Shown piece by piece: positions 28,279 through 38,490 of a stretch of DNA of 64,000 nt. The position numbers and the translations under genes are program-made. The notes beneath the pieces were generated by a model, which did no database searches, was not told the origin of the DNA, and saw nothing but the letters and a program-made list of their open reading frames with translations. Numbering within the stretch: position 1 is the first letter of the stretch; each line of letters starts with the position of its first letter. Location of the stretch: NCBI GenBank assembly GCA_000993565.1, contig LBWK01000001.1, forward strand, positions 84,869 through 148,868, read 5' to 3'. Origin of the DNA: a candidate division WS6 bacterium GW2011_GWF2_39_15. Lineage in GTDB: Bacteria; Patescibacteriota; Dojkabacteria; SC72.

Positions 28279-28959
28279 TTAATAAACACTTTCAAGGTTT
28301 CGGACATAATAATTTAGATCAGACATAAATTGCGTTACACCGTTTGCCCAGGCATGAGAGGGATTTTGACCACATGGAGGACAATAGGTTGGTTCAATTT
28401 GAAACGGAGTTAAATCAGTACCATAGCCGGCTGCGAGTCTTCCTGTTACAGTAGAAATACCTTCTTTCCAACTCGAAAAGATGCTGTAAGCTCCTCCAGG
28501 GCCGCCCCGCCAACCCCAACCATTATTAGATCTGTATGGAATAAGATTGCCAAATGCAGATTCGACTCCGGATATTGAAGCTACAAGCCTCCAGTCAAGC
28601 CCCACCTTATCTGCTTCTGAAACAAAAATATCCGCGTAGGTATACAACGGAGAGTAGTGATCAATCAGGAACTGACGCATCGCCAAAACTCTGGGATCAG
28701 AAGTTGTGACAGTTGTTTGACCGGATACTTGTGAAATATCCCCTGAGAGCAAAAAGGACGGATCCGAACTTGTTAAATAGATACTTCGTGTTTCCAAAGC
28801 AGACAGCCTGTTCACCTCCACCAACTTACGATTAAAACCAACCATTTCGCCAATGGTTTGAGCAAACTTTCCGCCAGCTACTAGATGAAAAAGGCTAAAT
28901 AGTATTATAAATCCCAATAGACTCATGCTTTTAGATATAAGACTACGGACATTAGACAT
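28279..28959 (-). CDS. Secreted or anchored lysozyme-like (glucosaminidase/SLT-like) protein
   Basis: GLDWRLVASISGVESAFG...SNNGWGW...FSSWKEGI...YCPP; paralog of 19074-19679. Confidence 0.65.
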   Translation of the reverse strand: MSNVRSLISKSMSLLGFIILFSLFHLVAGGKFAQTIGEMVGFNRKLVEVNRLSALETRSIYLTSSDPSFLLSGDISQVSGQTTVTTSDPRVLAMRQFLIDHYSPLYTYADIFVSEADKVGLDWRLVASISGVESAFGNLIPYRSNNGWGWRGGPGGAYSIFSSWKEGISTVTGRLAAGYGTDLTPFQIEPTYCPPCGQNPSHAWANGVTQFMSDLNYYVRNLESVY

Positions 28960-29046
28960 GATATATTTAAACTACAGGTTAATTTATGATAAAAATATTC
29001 AGATCATTATATGATAATAGAATAGCATAATTATTTAAAAGGAGTC

Positions 29047-32000
29047 ATGTCATTTACTCACCTACATTTACACTCAGAATATTCCTTATTGGACGGTGTT
29101 ATACGTATTCCTGAGCTGATTGCGAAGATTAAGGAGTGCGGCATGAATGCTTGTGCACTTACGGACCACGGCAACATGTACGGTACATTCAAATTCTATA
29201 ATGAGATGAAACATGCTGAGCTCAAACCGATTCTCGGATGTGAGATATACTTAGCCCCACGGACAAGATTTGATAAGGAAGCCGGTACAGATAATAAAAC
29301 CCCGCATCTAACTGTCCTTGCCCAAAACCTAACCGGTTACAAAAATCTTGTGAAGCTCGTATCCTCAGGCTTCATGGAAGGCTTCTATTATCGCCCAAGA
29401 GTAGATTGGGAAATTCTTGAGAAATACTCTGAAGGACTAATAGTTCTTTCTGGATGCTTAAGCGGCCCAGTATCAAAACTTTTCAGAGATGGAAGGGGGA
29501 AGGAGGCTGTAAAAACAGCTCAAAAGTTTAAAGATCTTTTTAAAGACCGATATTTCTTGGAAATTCAAAGGAATGGCATTAAAGAGCAGGACGATTTAAA
29601 TCTGGAGCTAATCAAACTTTCAAAAGAGCTTAATATACCCCTTGTAGCAACATGTGACGCCCACTATGTAAATAAAGAAGACTATAATGTACAGGAAATC
29701 GTATGGGCCATTTCTGACGGTAAAACGCTTGATGACCCGACACGCCGTGTTGCACCAACCAAAGAATACTACTTCAAAAACCAGCAGGAGATGGAGGAGC
29801 TCTTCAAAGATCTTCCAGAAGCTATATCCAATACCCAAAAAATTGTTGATATGGTTGAGGATTTCTCAATCTCATTCGGCAGAGTAGAACCCCATTATCT
29901 GGATCTTCCCGAAGGCGTAACGCCAAAGGATCATCTTCGTGATCTTGTAATGCAGGGGGCACAAAAGAAATATAAAGAGATTACGGATGAAATTCAGACA
30001 AGAATTGACTATGAGCTGGAAATCATTGATGACAAGGGCTATAACAACTATTTCCTTGTAGTATATGATTTCGTTAGATATTGCGTTGAGAACGGCATCA
30101 TGGTTGGAGCCAGAGGTTCGGCAGTAGGTACAGTTGTCGGATACTGCCTTAATATTGCAGGTGTTGATCCGATAACATGGGAGTTGTACTTCGAAAGATT
30201 TCTTAACCCCGGTAGGGAGTCACCTCCGGATATAGACCTGGATATTTCAGATCAGAGACGTCAGGAACTCATTAAATACGCACAGGTGAAGTATGGGGAA
30301 CCCAACGTCCGGCAGATCATTACATTCAGCAAGCTCCAGACCAGGCAGGCAATAAGGGACGTATCAAGAGTTATGGGCATTGATCTTCAGACTGCTGATA
30401 AACTCTCAAAACTTGTCAAGGTCGAATTCGGAAAAACCAAACCAATTGATTATATGATGGAGAACAACCCTGAGTTTGCTGAGATAATAAATTCATCCGA
30501 AAAGCTTCAGCAGATGTCACAGGTGGTGAAAAAAATTGCGGGACTTGCCCGTGGTGTATCAATGCATGCATGTGGAGTCATTGTGGCACCTGAACCCGTT
30601 GACAACTTCATTCCTATACAAAGAGACTCAAAAGATGAAGGTGTTGGAATGGCTCAGTTTGAAATGACAGACTTAGAGTATGTAGGCCTCCTTAAGCTGG
30701 ACTTCCTGGGTTTGAAAAACCTGAACATTATTGATACAGCTGTAAGAAAAATAAAAAGGCACAAGGGAATTGACCTCGATTTAAGCACTATTGATGTCAA
30801 TGATCAAAATATTTATCAAATGCTCAGAGACGGACATACAATGGGAGTTTTCCAACTTGAGGGGGAGGGTATGACAAAAGCTTTGATTACGATCCGTCCA
30901 GAAACCCCTGAAGACCTCTGTTATCTCCTTGCAGCCTATCGTCCTGGGCCAATTGAGTTCATTCCTCAATATGCCGCGGTCAAAAAGGGTGAAAAGCAGC
31001 CTACATACATTATTGACGACCTTGAACCAATTCTTGGAGTTACAAACGGAGTCATCACATATCAAGAGCAGGTAATGAAAATCGCAACGGATATAGCCGG
31101 CTACACACTCTCAGAAGCTGACAATATGAGACGGGCGATGGGTAAGAAAAAGATGGAAATCATGGAAGCCGAAAAGCCCAAATTCATTAAGGGAGGTGTA
31201 GACAAGGGATATGCGGAAGAAAAAATCGCTGAAATATGGGACCTCCTAGTTAAATTTGCAAACTACGGTTTCAATAAATCACATGCAGCAGCCTATGCAA
31301 TGGTCTCATACTATACGGCCTATCTTAAGTACTACTACCCGTTAGAATACATGGCTGCCCTTCTTGAAGCTGATCTTGAAAACTTTAATCGTATTTCTCT
31401 TGATATCCAGGAATGCACCAGGCTTGGGATAGAGGTTGTACACCCAGATATAAACAAGAGCGGAAGCTTTTTTACAGTTGAAGAAGGTGATGTAAAAAGA
31501 ATCCGGTTCGGCCTTGGCGCCATTAAAAATGTCGGAGCCGAAATTGTTAGACAGATAGTAGCAGAGCAAACTCAAAACGGTGAATATCTCAGCCTCGATG
31601 ACTTTGTTTACAGAAATATCCAGCACAAGCTGCAAATGCGCGTCGTTGAATATCTAATTATGGCAGGGGCTATGGATGAGTGGGGAGACAGGGGTGCACT
31701 ACTTAAAATCCTTCCGGGGATATATGAGAGATTCAAAAAACAAAAACAAACCGAGGCTAACGGACAAATAGACTTCTTCAATAACGGAGAGACTCAGGAA
31801 TCTTCGATTGAGTTAATGAAAACACCTGTCCCAACAGATATTCACACACCCATGCACCAGATTCTACAGTGGGAAAAAGAGTTATTAGGATTGTATTTCA
31901 CCAGTCATCCGTTGGATGACCTTCAGGAGTTCTTTGCTCAAAAAGGAGTAATTCCTATAAAAAATTTAATAACGATAAAAGGCGGAAGGCTTGTCATACT

Positions 32001-32451
32001 TGGTGCTTTGATTACGAAAGTACGAAGGATCACAACCAAGAAAGGTGAGAGAATGGCCTTCCTTACCATTGAAGACAAAACATCCTCAATAGATGCTTTA
32101 GTCTTTCCAAGAACATATGAAGAGATGAAAGATATGTTTGAGGCTAATAAACCCATACTAATTGCGGCACGTATCTCAGAGCGGGATGAAGGTAAAAGCG
32201 TTATCCTTGAGAAGGCAAAATATGTTGATCAGGATAAATTTGCATCAGATTTTAAAGGTGTCATCTTTAAAATAACAAAGAAAAACACTAAAAAACAGAT
32301 TGCACAGTTAAAAGAGTATATTAAAACAAATGCAGGCGATACGGCAGTCCGAATACTAATTCAGGAAGGGAAAGATATGAAAACCGTTGAGATTAAAAAT
32401 AAAATTACCCTAGACCAAAAGGGCAGAGAACTAATGAATATATTTTCATAA
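29047..32451 (+). CDS. dnaE: DNA polymerase III alpha subunit
   Basis: HLHLHSEYSLLDG PHP domain, PPDIDLD, KLDFLGL, YGFNKSHA; AGGAG SD upstream. Confidence 0.98.
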   Translation: MSFTHLHLHSEYSLLDGVIRIPELIAKIKECGMNACALTDHGNMYGTFKFYNEMKHAELKPILGCEIYLAPRTRFDKEAGTDNKTPHLTVLAQNLTGYKNLVKLVSSGFMEGFYYRPRVDWEILEKYSEGLIVLSGCLSGPVSKLFRDGRGKEAVKTAQKFKDLFKDRYFLEIQRNGIKEQDDLNLELIKLSKELNIPLVATCDAHYVNKEDYNVQEIVWAISDGKTLDDPTRRVAPTKEYYFKNQQEMEELFKDLPEAISNTQKIVDMVEDFSISFGRVEPHYLDLPEGVTPKDHLRDLVMQGAQKKYKEITDEIQTRIDYELEIIDDKGYNNYFLVVYDFVRYCVENGIMVGARGSAVGTVVGYCLNIAGVDPITWELYFERFLNPGRESPPDIDLDISDQRRQELIKYAQVKYGEPNVRQIITFSKLQTRQAIRDVSRVMGIDLQTADKLSKLVKVEFGKTKPIDYMMENNPEFAEIINSSEKLQQMSQVVKKIAGLARGVSMHACGVIVAPEPVDNFIPIQRDSKDEGVGMAQFEMTDLEYVGLLKLDFLGLKNLNIIDTAVRKIKRHKGIDLDLSTIDVNDQNIYQMLRDGHTMGVFQLEGEGMTKALITIRPETPEDLCYLLAAYRPGPIEFIPQYAAVKKGEKQPTYIIDDLEPILGVTNGVITYQEQVMKIATDIAGYTLSEADNMRRAMGKKKMEIMEAEKPKFIKGGVDKGYAEEKIAEIWDLLVKFANYGFNKSHAAAYAMVSYYTAYLKYYYPLEYMAALLEADLENFNRISLDIQECTRLGIEVVHPDINKSGSFFTVEEGDVKRIRFGLGAIKNVGAEIVRQIVAEQTQNGEYLSLDDFVYRNIQHKLQMRVVEYLIMAGAMDEWGDRGALLKILPGIYERFKKQKQTEANGQIDFFNNGETQESSIELMKTPVPTDIHTPMHQILQWEKELLGLYFTSHPLDDLQEFFAQKGVIPIKNLITIKGGRLVILGALITKVRRITTKKGERMAFLTIEDKTSSIDALVFPRTYEEMKDMFEANKPILIAARISERDEGKSVILEKAKYVDQDKFASDFKGVIFKITKKNTKKQIAQLKEYIKTNAGDTAVRILIQEGKDMKTVEIKNKITLDQKGRELMNIFS

Positions 32452-33926
32452 TGAGTGTTAATTTGAAAGAAAAAATTCTTCTATTGCCAGACTCTCCGGG
32501 GGTTTATAAATTCTATAATAAGAACGGAGAAATAATATATATAGGTAAGGCACATAGCCTAAGAAATAGAGTATCTTCATACTTCAAGTCAGACCACAGA
32601 GACCGGCCGAGAATAATATCAATGATCCCTTTGATTGCTGATCTCGAAGTAACGCAAACAGACAATGATATTGAGGCACTTATTTTGGAATCTGCTCTCA
32701 TTAAACAGAATCAGCCGGAATATAATTCAATGCTTAAGGACGACAAGAGTTATGCATGGCTTTATGTAATAACAAAAAGCAGATATCCAACCGTAAAAAT
32801 TGTTCGAACCACTAATAAGAGTGAGTTTATAAATGGTAAGCTATTTGGTCCGTACCCTAGTGGTAAAACAATTAAAAGGGTCTTCAACTATATAAGAAAG
32901 CTCTATCCTTTTTGTACAAGCAAGGATCCATCAAAACCCTGCTTCTATTCCAGAATTGGTCTATGCCCCGGACCCGATGCTTCTGAAGAGGTATACCAAA
33001 ATAATATAAAGGGCATAATAAATCTTCTTAAAGGACGAAATTATAATCAGTTAAGAGTACTTGCTGAGAAAATGCGTACATATGCACAAAACCGGCAGTA
33101 CGAAAGAGCCGCTGAAATTAGGGACCGTATTAATGACCTCAAATATTTAGGTTCGGAGATCAAATTCAATTACTTCGGAACAGAAGAAGAATATGTGGAG
33201 AGCCGGGAAGAAAGAATGAGAAAACAGCTAAATCAGCTACAAAAGATTCTGGGTCTGGAAAAACTAAATAGAGTGGAATGCTATGATATATCAAATATAC
33301 AGGGAAAAATGTCTTACGGCTCAATGGTGGTAAGTATAAACGGGGTTCCAACAAACCGGCTTTATAGAATATTTAAAATAAGATCGATGGATACACCTAA
33401 TGATTATCTGATGCTTGCAGAAGTTTTGTCACGAAGGATCAAGCACATAAATGGTGACAAAGATGAAAGTTTAACTGAAAAGCCAGACCTAATAATTATA
33501 GATGGGGGAAAGGGGCAGCTTTCAGCAGTTCACAAAATTATACCTTCTGGGATAGCGATATTAGGAATTACAAAAGGGAGGAAATATAAAAGAAAAGGAG
33601 GAAAAAAGAAAGATGAGTTTTGGATTTACAATAATGGAACGATAGAACAGCTCAAAATTGGCCCACAGCAAAGTATTTCAATCCTTAGAGATGAGGCACA
33701 CAGGTTTGCCATCATTCATCACCGTAAATTAAGAAAGTTTATGCAAAAGAAATCAATACTGGATGAGATTAAAGGAGTAGGGGCTATAACCAAGAAAAAG
33801 CTAATCAAAGCTTTTGGCAGCGTAGAGCAAATTCGAGGGGTTTCACTCGAAGAAATAGATAAGGTGATACATAATAAGAAGATATCAGAAGCGATCAACT
33901 CCGCTCTTAAAAGGTTTAAAGTTTGA
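32451..33926 (+). CDS. uvrC: Excinuclease ABC subunit C
   Basis: GIY-YIG (PGVY...IYIGKA), ECYDISN, IDGGKGQL, RDEAHRFA, C-terminal HhH. Confidence 0.96.
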   Translation: MSVNLKEKILLLPDSPGVYKFYNKNGEIIYIGKAHSLRNRVSSYFKSDHRDRPRIISMIPLIADLEVTQTDNDIEALILESALIKQNQPEYNSMLKDDKSYAWLYVITKSRYPTVKIVRTTNKSEFINGKLFGPYPSGKTIKRVFNYIRKLYPFCTSKDPSKPCFYSRIGLCPGPDASEEVYQNNIKGIINLLKGRNYNQLRVLAEKMRTYAQNRQYERAAEIRDRINDLKYLGSEIKFNYFGTEEEYVESREERMRKQLNQLQKILGLEKLNRVECYDISNIQGKMSYGSMVVSINGVPTNRLYRIFKIRSMDTPNDYLMLAEVLSRRIKHINGDKDESLTEKPDLIIIDGGKGQLSAVHKIIPSGIAILGITKGRKYKRKGGKKKDEFWIYNNGTIEQLKIGPQQSISILRDEAHRFAIIHHRKLRKFMQKKSILDEIKGVGAITKKKLIKAFGSVEQIRGVSLEEIDKVIHNKKISEAINSALKRFKV

Positions 33927-33928
33927 TT

Positions 33929-35017
33929 TTAATTAAGAGTGCTTTTTGCGGGCTCAACCTTTTCAATAATATACTTAAGGAACGGATCACTCTCCTGATC
34001 AGCAATAAACATATAAACAACTGTATCTCTTGGATTGCCTACTATATAAGCTTCAGTCTGTACATTACCGCTAAAAAGCTTCCCGGAAAGAGCCTCCTGG
34101 CCTGCTACAACAGTGACTGTAGTATTAGAGACCTGCCATTTGGTTTTATGTGCCTTGTTGAATTTCTTTAAGCCTTTTTCTAAAAAAGCATCATAACTAA
34201 TTGCACCCATATAGCCTAAAGGCTCAATTGTAACTGACTTGTTAGAGCCTAGCTTTTTAAAGCTCACTTTAATTAATTCACCTATGTCGGTAGCTCCATA
34301 CGTAGCGATATAGTCACTTGAGAAACTCAGCTTCCAAGGGAAATCAGGACGCAAGTCTTGCATATCACTCTCAGAGAGTAGAAGTTGAAGCTCAACCTCC
34401 TTTTTGACTTCGTCAGACAGCCCCGTTGATGCCTGCTCCTGTGTTATTGACTGATACCAAATATCGTTGAGTTTAGAATAGATTCTGACTCCAATTGTGC
34501 CTTTTACCCAATACTCTCCGAACTTTTGTTCCTCTGATTCCAACGGAACGGAAAGGACCTCCTTCCATCCCGCTTTAGGCAGGTGTTCCTTATAATAGTT
34601 ATTGACATCTTCTATTGTGTGTCCAGGCTCAAGTCTGTAAACTGCCTGGCCAGTACTTAAGAACCTCTTCACATCATCGTTATTCAGTTTATCCTTGAAA
34701 ATGAAAACTGAGTTCGGGTACTCCGGTATTTCAGCAAATCCGACAACATTAGTGAGACTCACATCCGTTCCATCAAGAATATTTCTTCTTAAGTTCGAAA
34801 CGTAATTAATTAAAAGAAAAAGCACAATAACAACAAGGGCTCCAAAAGTGAGAATTAAGAATATCTTTATAAAGGATCTACCAAACATTTTTTTGTATAA
34901 CCTTCCTCTGGTCACCTCTGTATATTTAGTCTTTCTTCTTTTGAAAAAGCTCAAAACCTTCCTTTGTAGAGATTTTCTTTCCTTTATTTTTCTTTTATCA
35001 AGCTCCTTGAATTTCAT
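33929..35017 (-). CDS. Hypothetical membrane-anchored protein
   Basis: Basic N-terminus, one TM, extracellular domain (IPEYPNS...YYKEHLPKAGW). Confidence 0.65.
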   Translation of the reverse strand: MKFKELDKRKIKERKSLQRKVLSFFKRRKTKYTEVTRGRLYKKMFGRSFIKIFLILTFGALVVIVLFLLINYVSNLRRNILDGTDVSLTNVVGFAEIPEYPNSVFIFKDKLNNDDVKRFLSTGQAVYRLEPGHTIEDVNNYYKEHLPKAGWKEVLSVPLESEEQKFGEYWVKGTIGVRIYSKLNDIWYQSITQEQASTGLSDEVKKEVELQLLLSESDMQDLRPDFPWKLSFSSDYIATYGATDIGELIKVSFKKLGSNKSVTIEPLGYMGAISYDAFLEKGLKKFNKAHKTKWQVSNTTVTVVAGQEALSGKLFSGNVQTEAYIVGNPRDTVVYMFIADQESDPFLKYIIEKVEPAKSTLN

Positions 35018-35092
35018 ATAATTCTAATTTAATAGAAAGTTTGTTATATTACAAATCGAAATAGTATAATATACAGGATTTTTATTTATATA

Positions 35093-35166
35093 TGCGGGAT
35101 CGTCTAATGGTAGGACACCGGCCTTTGAAGCCGTGAATCCTGGTTCGAGTCCAGGTCCCGCAACCA
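35093..35166 (+). tRNA. tRNA-Gln (anticodon TTG)
   Basis: TGCGGGATCGTCTAATGGTAGGACACCGGC-CTTTGAA-GCCGTGAATCCTGGTTCGAGTCCAGGTCCCGCAACCA; U1-A72 first pair. Confidence 0.95.
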
Positions 35167-35214
35167 CTTGGGACATATATACAAAGAACCAATTAAGGTG
35201 GTACTATACTAAAT

Positions 35215-38200
35215 ATGAAATCCAAGAAGAAACTTGTTTCAAGAAACTCCAAATTTATATTCACTTTAATATTTATTATCCTAATTGTTGCCGGATTTTT
35301 TTACACACGAGACCTCTTTACGTCAAAAGCCCGTAATGTAAAAATCTCCAATATAACTTCAACCTCAGTGACATTAACCTGGGTCACCACTAAGAAAAAT
35401 GCCGGTATAGTTCTCGTAAAAGAAGGCTCTAATATTGGAAATTCATGGAAGGACTTTTTTACAGCACGAAGATACTACGATGACAGGGATATCTATATTA
35501 CTGCTACAAAAACAGTGATAAATGCTGAGCGAAGATATACACATTATGTTACGATCAACCATCTGACACCTGAAAAAAAATACTATTTCAGACTTTCTAA
35601 TGGCCTTCACATCTGGGATATCAAAGACGTTAATCAGAAGAAAGAGTGGTATGGAATAGATAACATATCATCTTTTCAATTTACAACCCCCGCAATTTCC
35701 TCCTCGGGACTGACACTTCCCCAGACAGTTTATGGCAATTTGGAAGATCAGAAAGCCCTTGCATATTCAGATGGGATTATCTTTGGACAGATTTACAGTG
35801 TTAACGATGAGGGAGAGGTTGATATTCAAAACAAATCCAGAATAATTTCTACTTTTGTCAATGACGATGGGGGATGGGTTCTTGACTACTCATTAGAAAA
35901 AAATGGATTCGAAAATAACAAGGATCAAATATATCTTTATGCTCACATTGAAAATAAAAGTGATATTCCGGGACAATTCGAAAATATCACAAGCGGAAGC
36001 AGTATCGTAGACCTTTTTGACTATGACCGCACACAATCATTAAGGCCTAGTTTTCTTCTTTCGCTCTCAAAACCTGTTTCGGCGGCAGGTGACCCAGTTT
36101 GTTGTGCCTTAATTATCAGCGGTAGAAAGAACGTTCTTTTTGATTATGAGGAGGCCGGGGCATGTACAACATGTGGCGAATGCTACAAGGTGGGAACCCA
36201 GGAATCAGGCGGAACACTATTAGAAGTAGGCAGTATTAAACCAAGAGGAGACAATGATGCGGAAAGGAGAAACAACTGTGAGAGTATGGATAGACTTGCA
36301 AGTAAAGGCTTACCCGCTGGTTCTGAAGACCAAAGCTCCAGTAGTAGTAATAATAACAGTAATAGCTCAGAAAATAGTTTCAGCGGTGCTTGTAATACGA
36401 GCTTAAAGGATGAGGATTTTACAGTATCAAACATAGATAAATCGCAATTTGTTGACTACGCAAAAAGACTTGGAGGAGGTGGAACACAAGCTGACAAATG
36501 TTATAACTACGTTGTATGTAAATCAAAGCAGTATGGAATAAATCCTGCACTTGGTCTGAGTATCTGGGTTCATGAATCTGCCGCAAGTGACTACCAAAGA
36601 TTTCCAAACGTTGAGGATATGGGTATCCACTGTTATGGCGGAGCAGGGAACTATCCTGCTTACCCATGTAATCAAACTCCTAAAGAGAATCTAAAAGCAC
36701 AGACCGAAATGTTTGGCCTTTTACCTCATACACAATGCCAATCCGGTGGTAGTTTTAATATCACTAAATGGGCAACAGGATTTTGGACAGGGAATTGTTC
36801 TGAGACTTCATATGGTGAGAAATATGTGGATGATCTTGAGTTGCAATGGAGTGTCTACGGAAAAGGTGCTTTTCCAAATTGGCTGAAGAATGCAGGAACT
36901 GCAAAACCTAACCTACCGTGTGATCAAGTAGCAAGTTCAACTCCTTCAACCCCCTCAACCCCGACAACCCCTTCTACACCTTCAACCCCTTCTACACCTT
37001 CAACACCAAGTACACCGACGACACCTAGCCAAAATACCGGAGAAAAATGTTGTGCCTTTATCCTTAAAGGGGAGAATGTCTATCGAAGTGAAAAAACTAC
37101 ATCCAATAGCTGTGCTGATGCTTTCGCAAAGGGTAGTTCCTATACTAGTGGGAATATATCGGGAACTATAGACTATGGAGTGGAAATAGGCAGGAAAGAG
37201 GTTCAAGTAATTAAACCCGCATGTTGTGCAATGATAGTTACAGGGAAAGATAATGTATATTTCGATTATGTAAATGACAAAATCTGCAACACTTGCGGAG
37301 ACTGCTTCCCCGTCGGGAGGACAGTAGCGGGAGGGAGAGTTACTGCAGTCGGAAGAGAGGTTCTGACGGGTGCTAACGACAACAGAACCACCTGTGAGTC
37401 TATAAAAAGGCCCGCCTCTTCAGGTGTTCCAGCCGATACTCCAGTCGAACCAGTTTTTTCAAACAAATGTAGCGGAACACAATATGATATAGAATGTAAA
37501 AACTATTTGCCTGTACCTAAAGGGGAAAATGCAATATCAGCTCCATATGGAGAAAATACCAGATGCCTAGATCCAAATGTGAAGCCCATAGAAGACGGTA
37601 TTACTAATATAATCATCAGCAAGGAAAATCCAAAAGTATTTACAAAACTACTCTCAACAGTACAGGCGGAAGAAAGCTACGTTAAATCAGTATCAGGGTC
37701 AGTTGTAACTTTCACAAAAGACGGAATATACAATATTGAGATTGGTGACCTGAAAGTATCAAATGTACCAATTAACTCAGATGGGAAATATAGATTCTAC
37801 CAAGAAATAAATGAGGAACGAGGATATCAAAGTTCTAAAGACAAAGCTCTAACGTTCAAAAATAAAAATGAGATAAAAGCTGTAAAGGTTGAAGACGGCT
37901 TTAGAGTTGAACTCAATGCTGGTTATAACTTCATTACAATCAACTATGAACGTCCTCCGATGTCTATTATAACTACGCCTGCAAATCCGACACAGATAAC
38001 CGCAGCTTCTGTATTAAATATTGGAAATATTGATGAAATCAAAGTAACATACCTGAGCACTTATGCAGATGGCAAGTGGGCAAATGGTATAAGGCCCCGT
38101 GATGATAAAAAGCCCGGGTTACTTGGGAATGACTTTGCTCTTCTCCCGGGACAAGGTTATATGATTATTTCAAACTCAGACCTGAAGGGCGGAATGGCCC

Positions 38201-38490
38201 TGATACTGCCAGGCAAAATTACTTCATCAAAAGTTTCAGTTGAAGTGAAAACCGGGTGGAACTTTGTTGGTTTAACAGGAAAAATCCAGCCACCTTCTTC
38301 TCTCAAATTTTTGGAGAAACTAATGAAGGAACATGGTTTAGCAAAAGTGAATATTACTCAGTGGGATTCAAGCAAGGGACTATTTGAGAGTGTTCAATAT
38401 GATGGAGAGATAGTATACGGAGACGATTACAATTTGAATAATGCTTCAGGGTACTTCTTGTATACGAATAAAGCTTTCACCCTTAAATAG
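35215..38490 (+). CDS. Large surface protein: FN3-like domain, repeated Cys-rich modules, SLT/lysozyme-like domain, PST linker
   Basis: N-terminal TM; VKISNITSTSVTLTWVT...HYVTINHLTPEKKYYF (FN3-like); GINPALGLSIWVHES; three CCA-initiated Cys modules. Confidence 0.8.
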   Translation: MKSKKKLVSRNSKFIFTLIFIILIVAGFFYTRDLFTSKARNVKISNITSTSVTLTWVTTKKNAGIVLVKEGSNIGNSWKDFFTARRYYDDRDIYITATKTVINAERRYTHYVTINHLTPEKKYYFRLSNGLHIWDIKDVNQKKEWYGIDNISSFQFTTPAISSSGLTLPQTVYGNLEDQKALAYSDGIIFGQIYSVNDEGEVDIQNKSRIISTFVNDDGGWVLDYSLEKNGFENNKDQIYLYAHIENKSDIPGQFENITSGSSIVDLFDYDRTQSLRPSFLLSLSKPVSAAGDPVCCALIISGRKNVLFDYEEAGACTTCGECYKVGTQESGGTLLEVGSIKPRGDNDAERRNNCESMDRLASKGLPAGSEDQSSSSSNNNSNSSENSFSGACNTSLKDEDFTVSNIDKSQFVDYAKRLGGGGTQADKCYNYVVCKSKQYGINPALGLSIWVHESAASDYQRFPNVEDMGIHCYGGAGNYPAYPCNQTPKENLKAQTEMFGLLPHTQCQSGGSFNITKWATGFWTGNCSETSYGEKYVDDLELQWSVYGKGAFPNWLKNAGTAKPNLPCDQVASSTPSTPSTPTTPSTPSTPSTPSTPSTPTTPSQNTGEKCCAFILKGENVYRSEKTTSNSCADAFAKGSSYTSGNISGTIDYGVEIGRKEVQVIKPACCAMIVTGKDNVYFDYVNDKICNTCGDCFPVGRTVAGGRVTAVGREVLTGANDNRTTCESIKRPASSGVPADTPVEPVFSNKCSGTQYDIECKNYLPVPKGENAISAPYGENTRCLDPNVKPIEDGITNIIISKENPKVFTKLLSTVQAEESYVKSVSGSVVTFTKDGIYNIEIGDLKVSNVPINSDGKYRFYQEINEERGYQSSKDKALTFKNKNEIKAVKVEDGFRVELNAGYNFITINYERPPMSIITTPANPTQITAASVLNIGNIDEIKVTYLSTYADGKWANGIRPRDDKKPGLLGNDFALLPGQGYMIISNSDLKGGMALILPGKITSSKVSVEVKTGWNFVGLTGKIQPPSSLKFLEKLMKEHGLAKVNITQWDSSKGLFESVQYDGEIVYGDDYNLNNASGYFLYTNKAFTLK
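36937..37029 (+). repeat. Degenerate 9-bp coding tandem repeat, (S/T)TP about 10 times
   Basis: tcaactcct tcaaccccc tcaaccccg acaacccct tctacacct ... encodes STPSTPSTPTTPSTP... Confidence 0.9.

Noticed and set aside
29047-32451. Possible intein or split in dnaE
   Set aside because: Normal length, continuous motifs, and no intein splice-junction or homing-endonuclease signatures.
35133-35336. 67-aa ORF MNPGSSPGPAT...
   Set aside because: Starts inside tRNA-Gln and overlaps the large surface-protein gene out of frame.
36937-37029. Tandem repeat as a possible CRISPR array or contingency locus
   Set aside because: Degenerate in-frame 9-bp units encoding a PST linker; no spacers and no cas genes.
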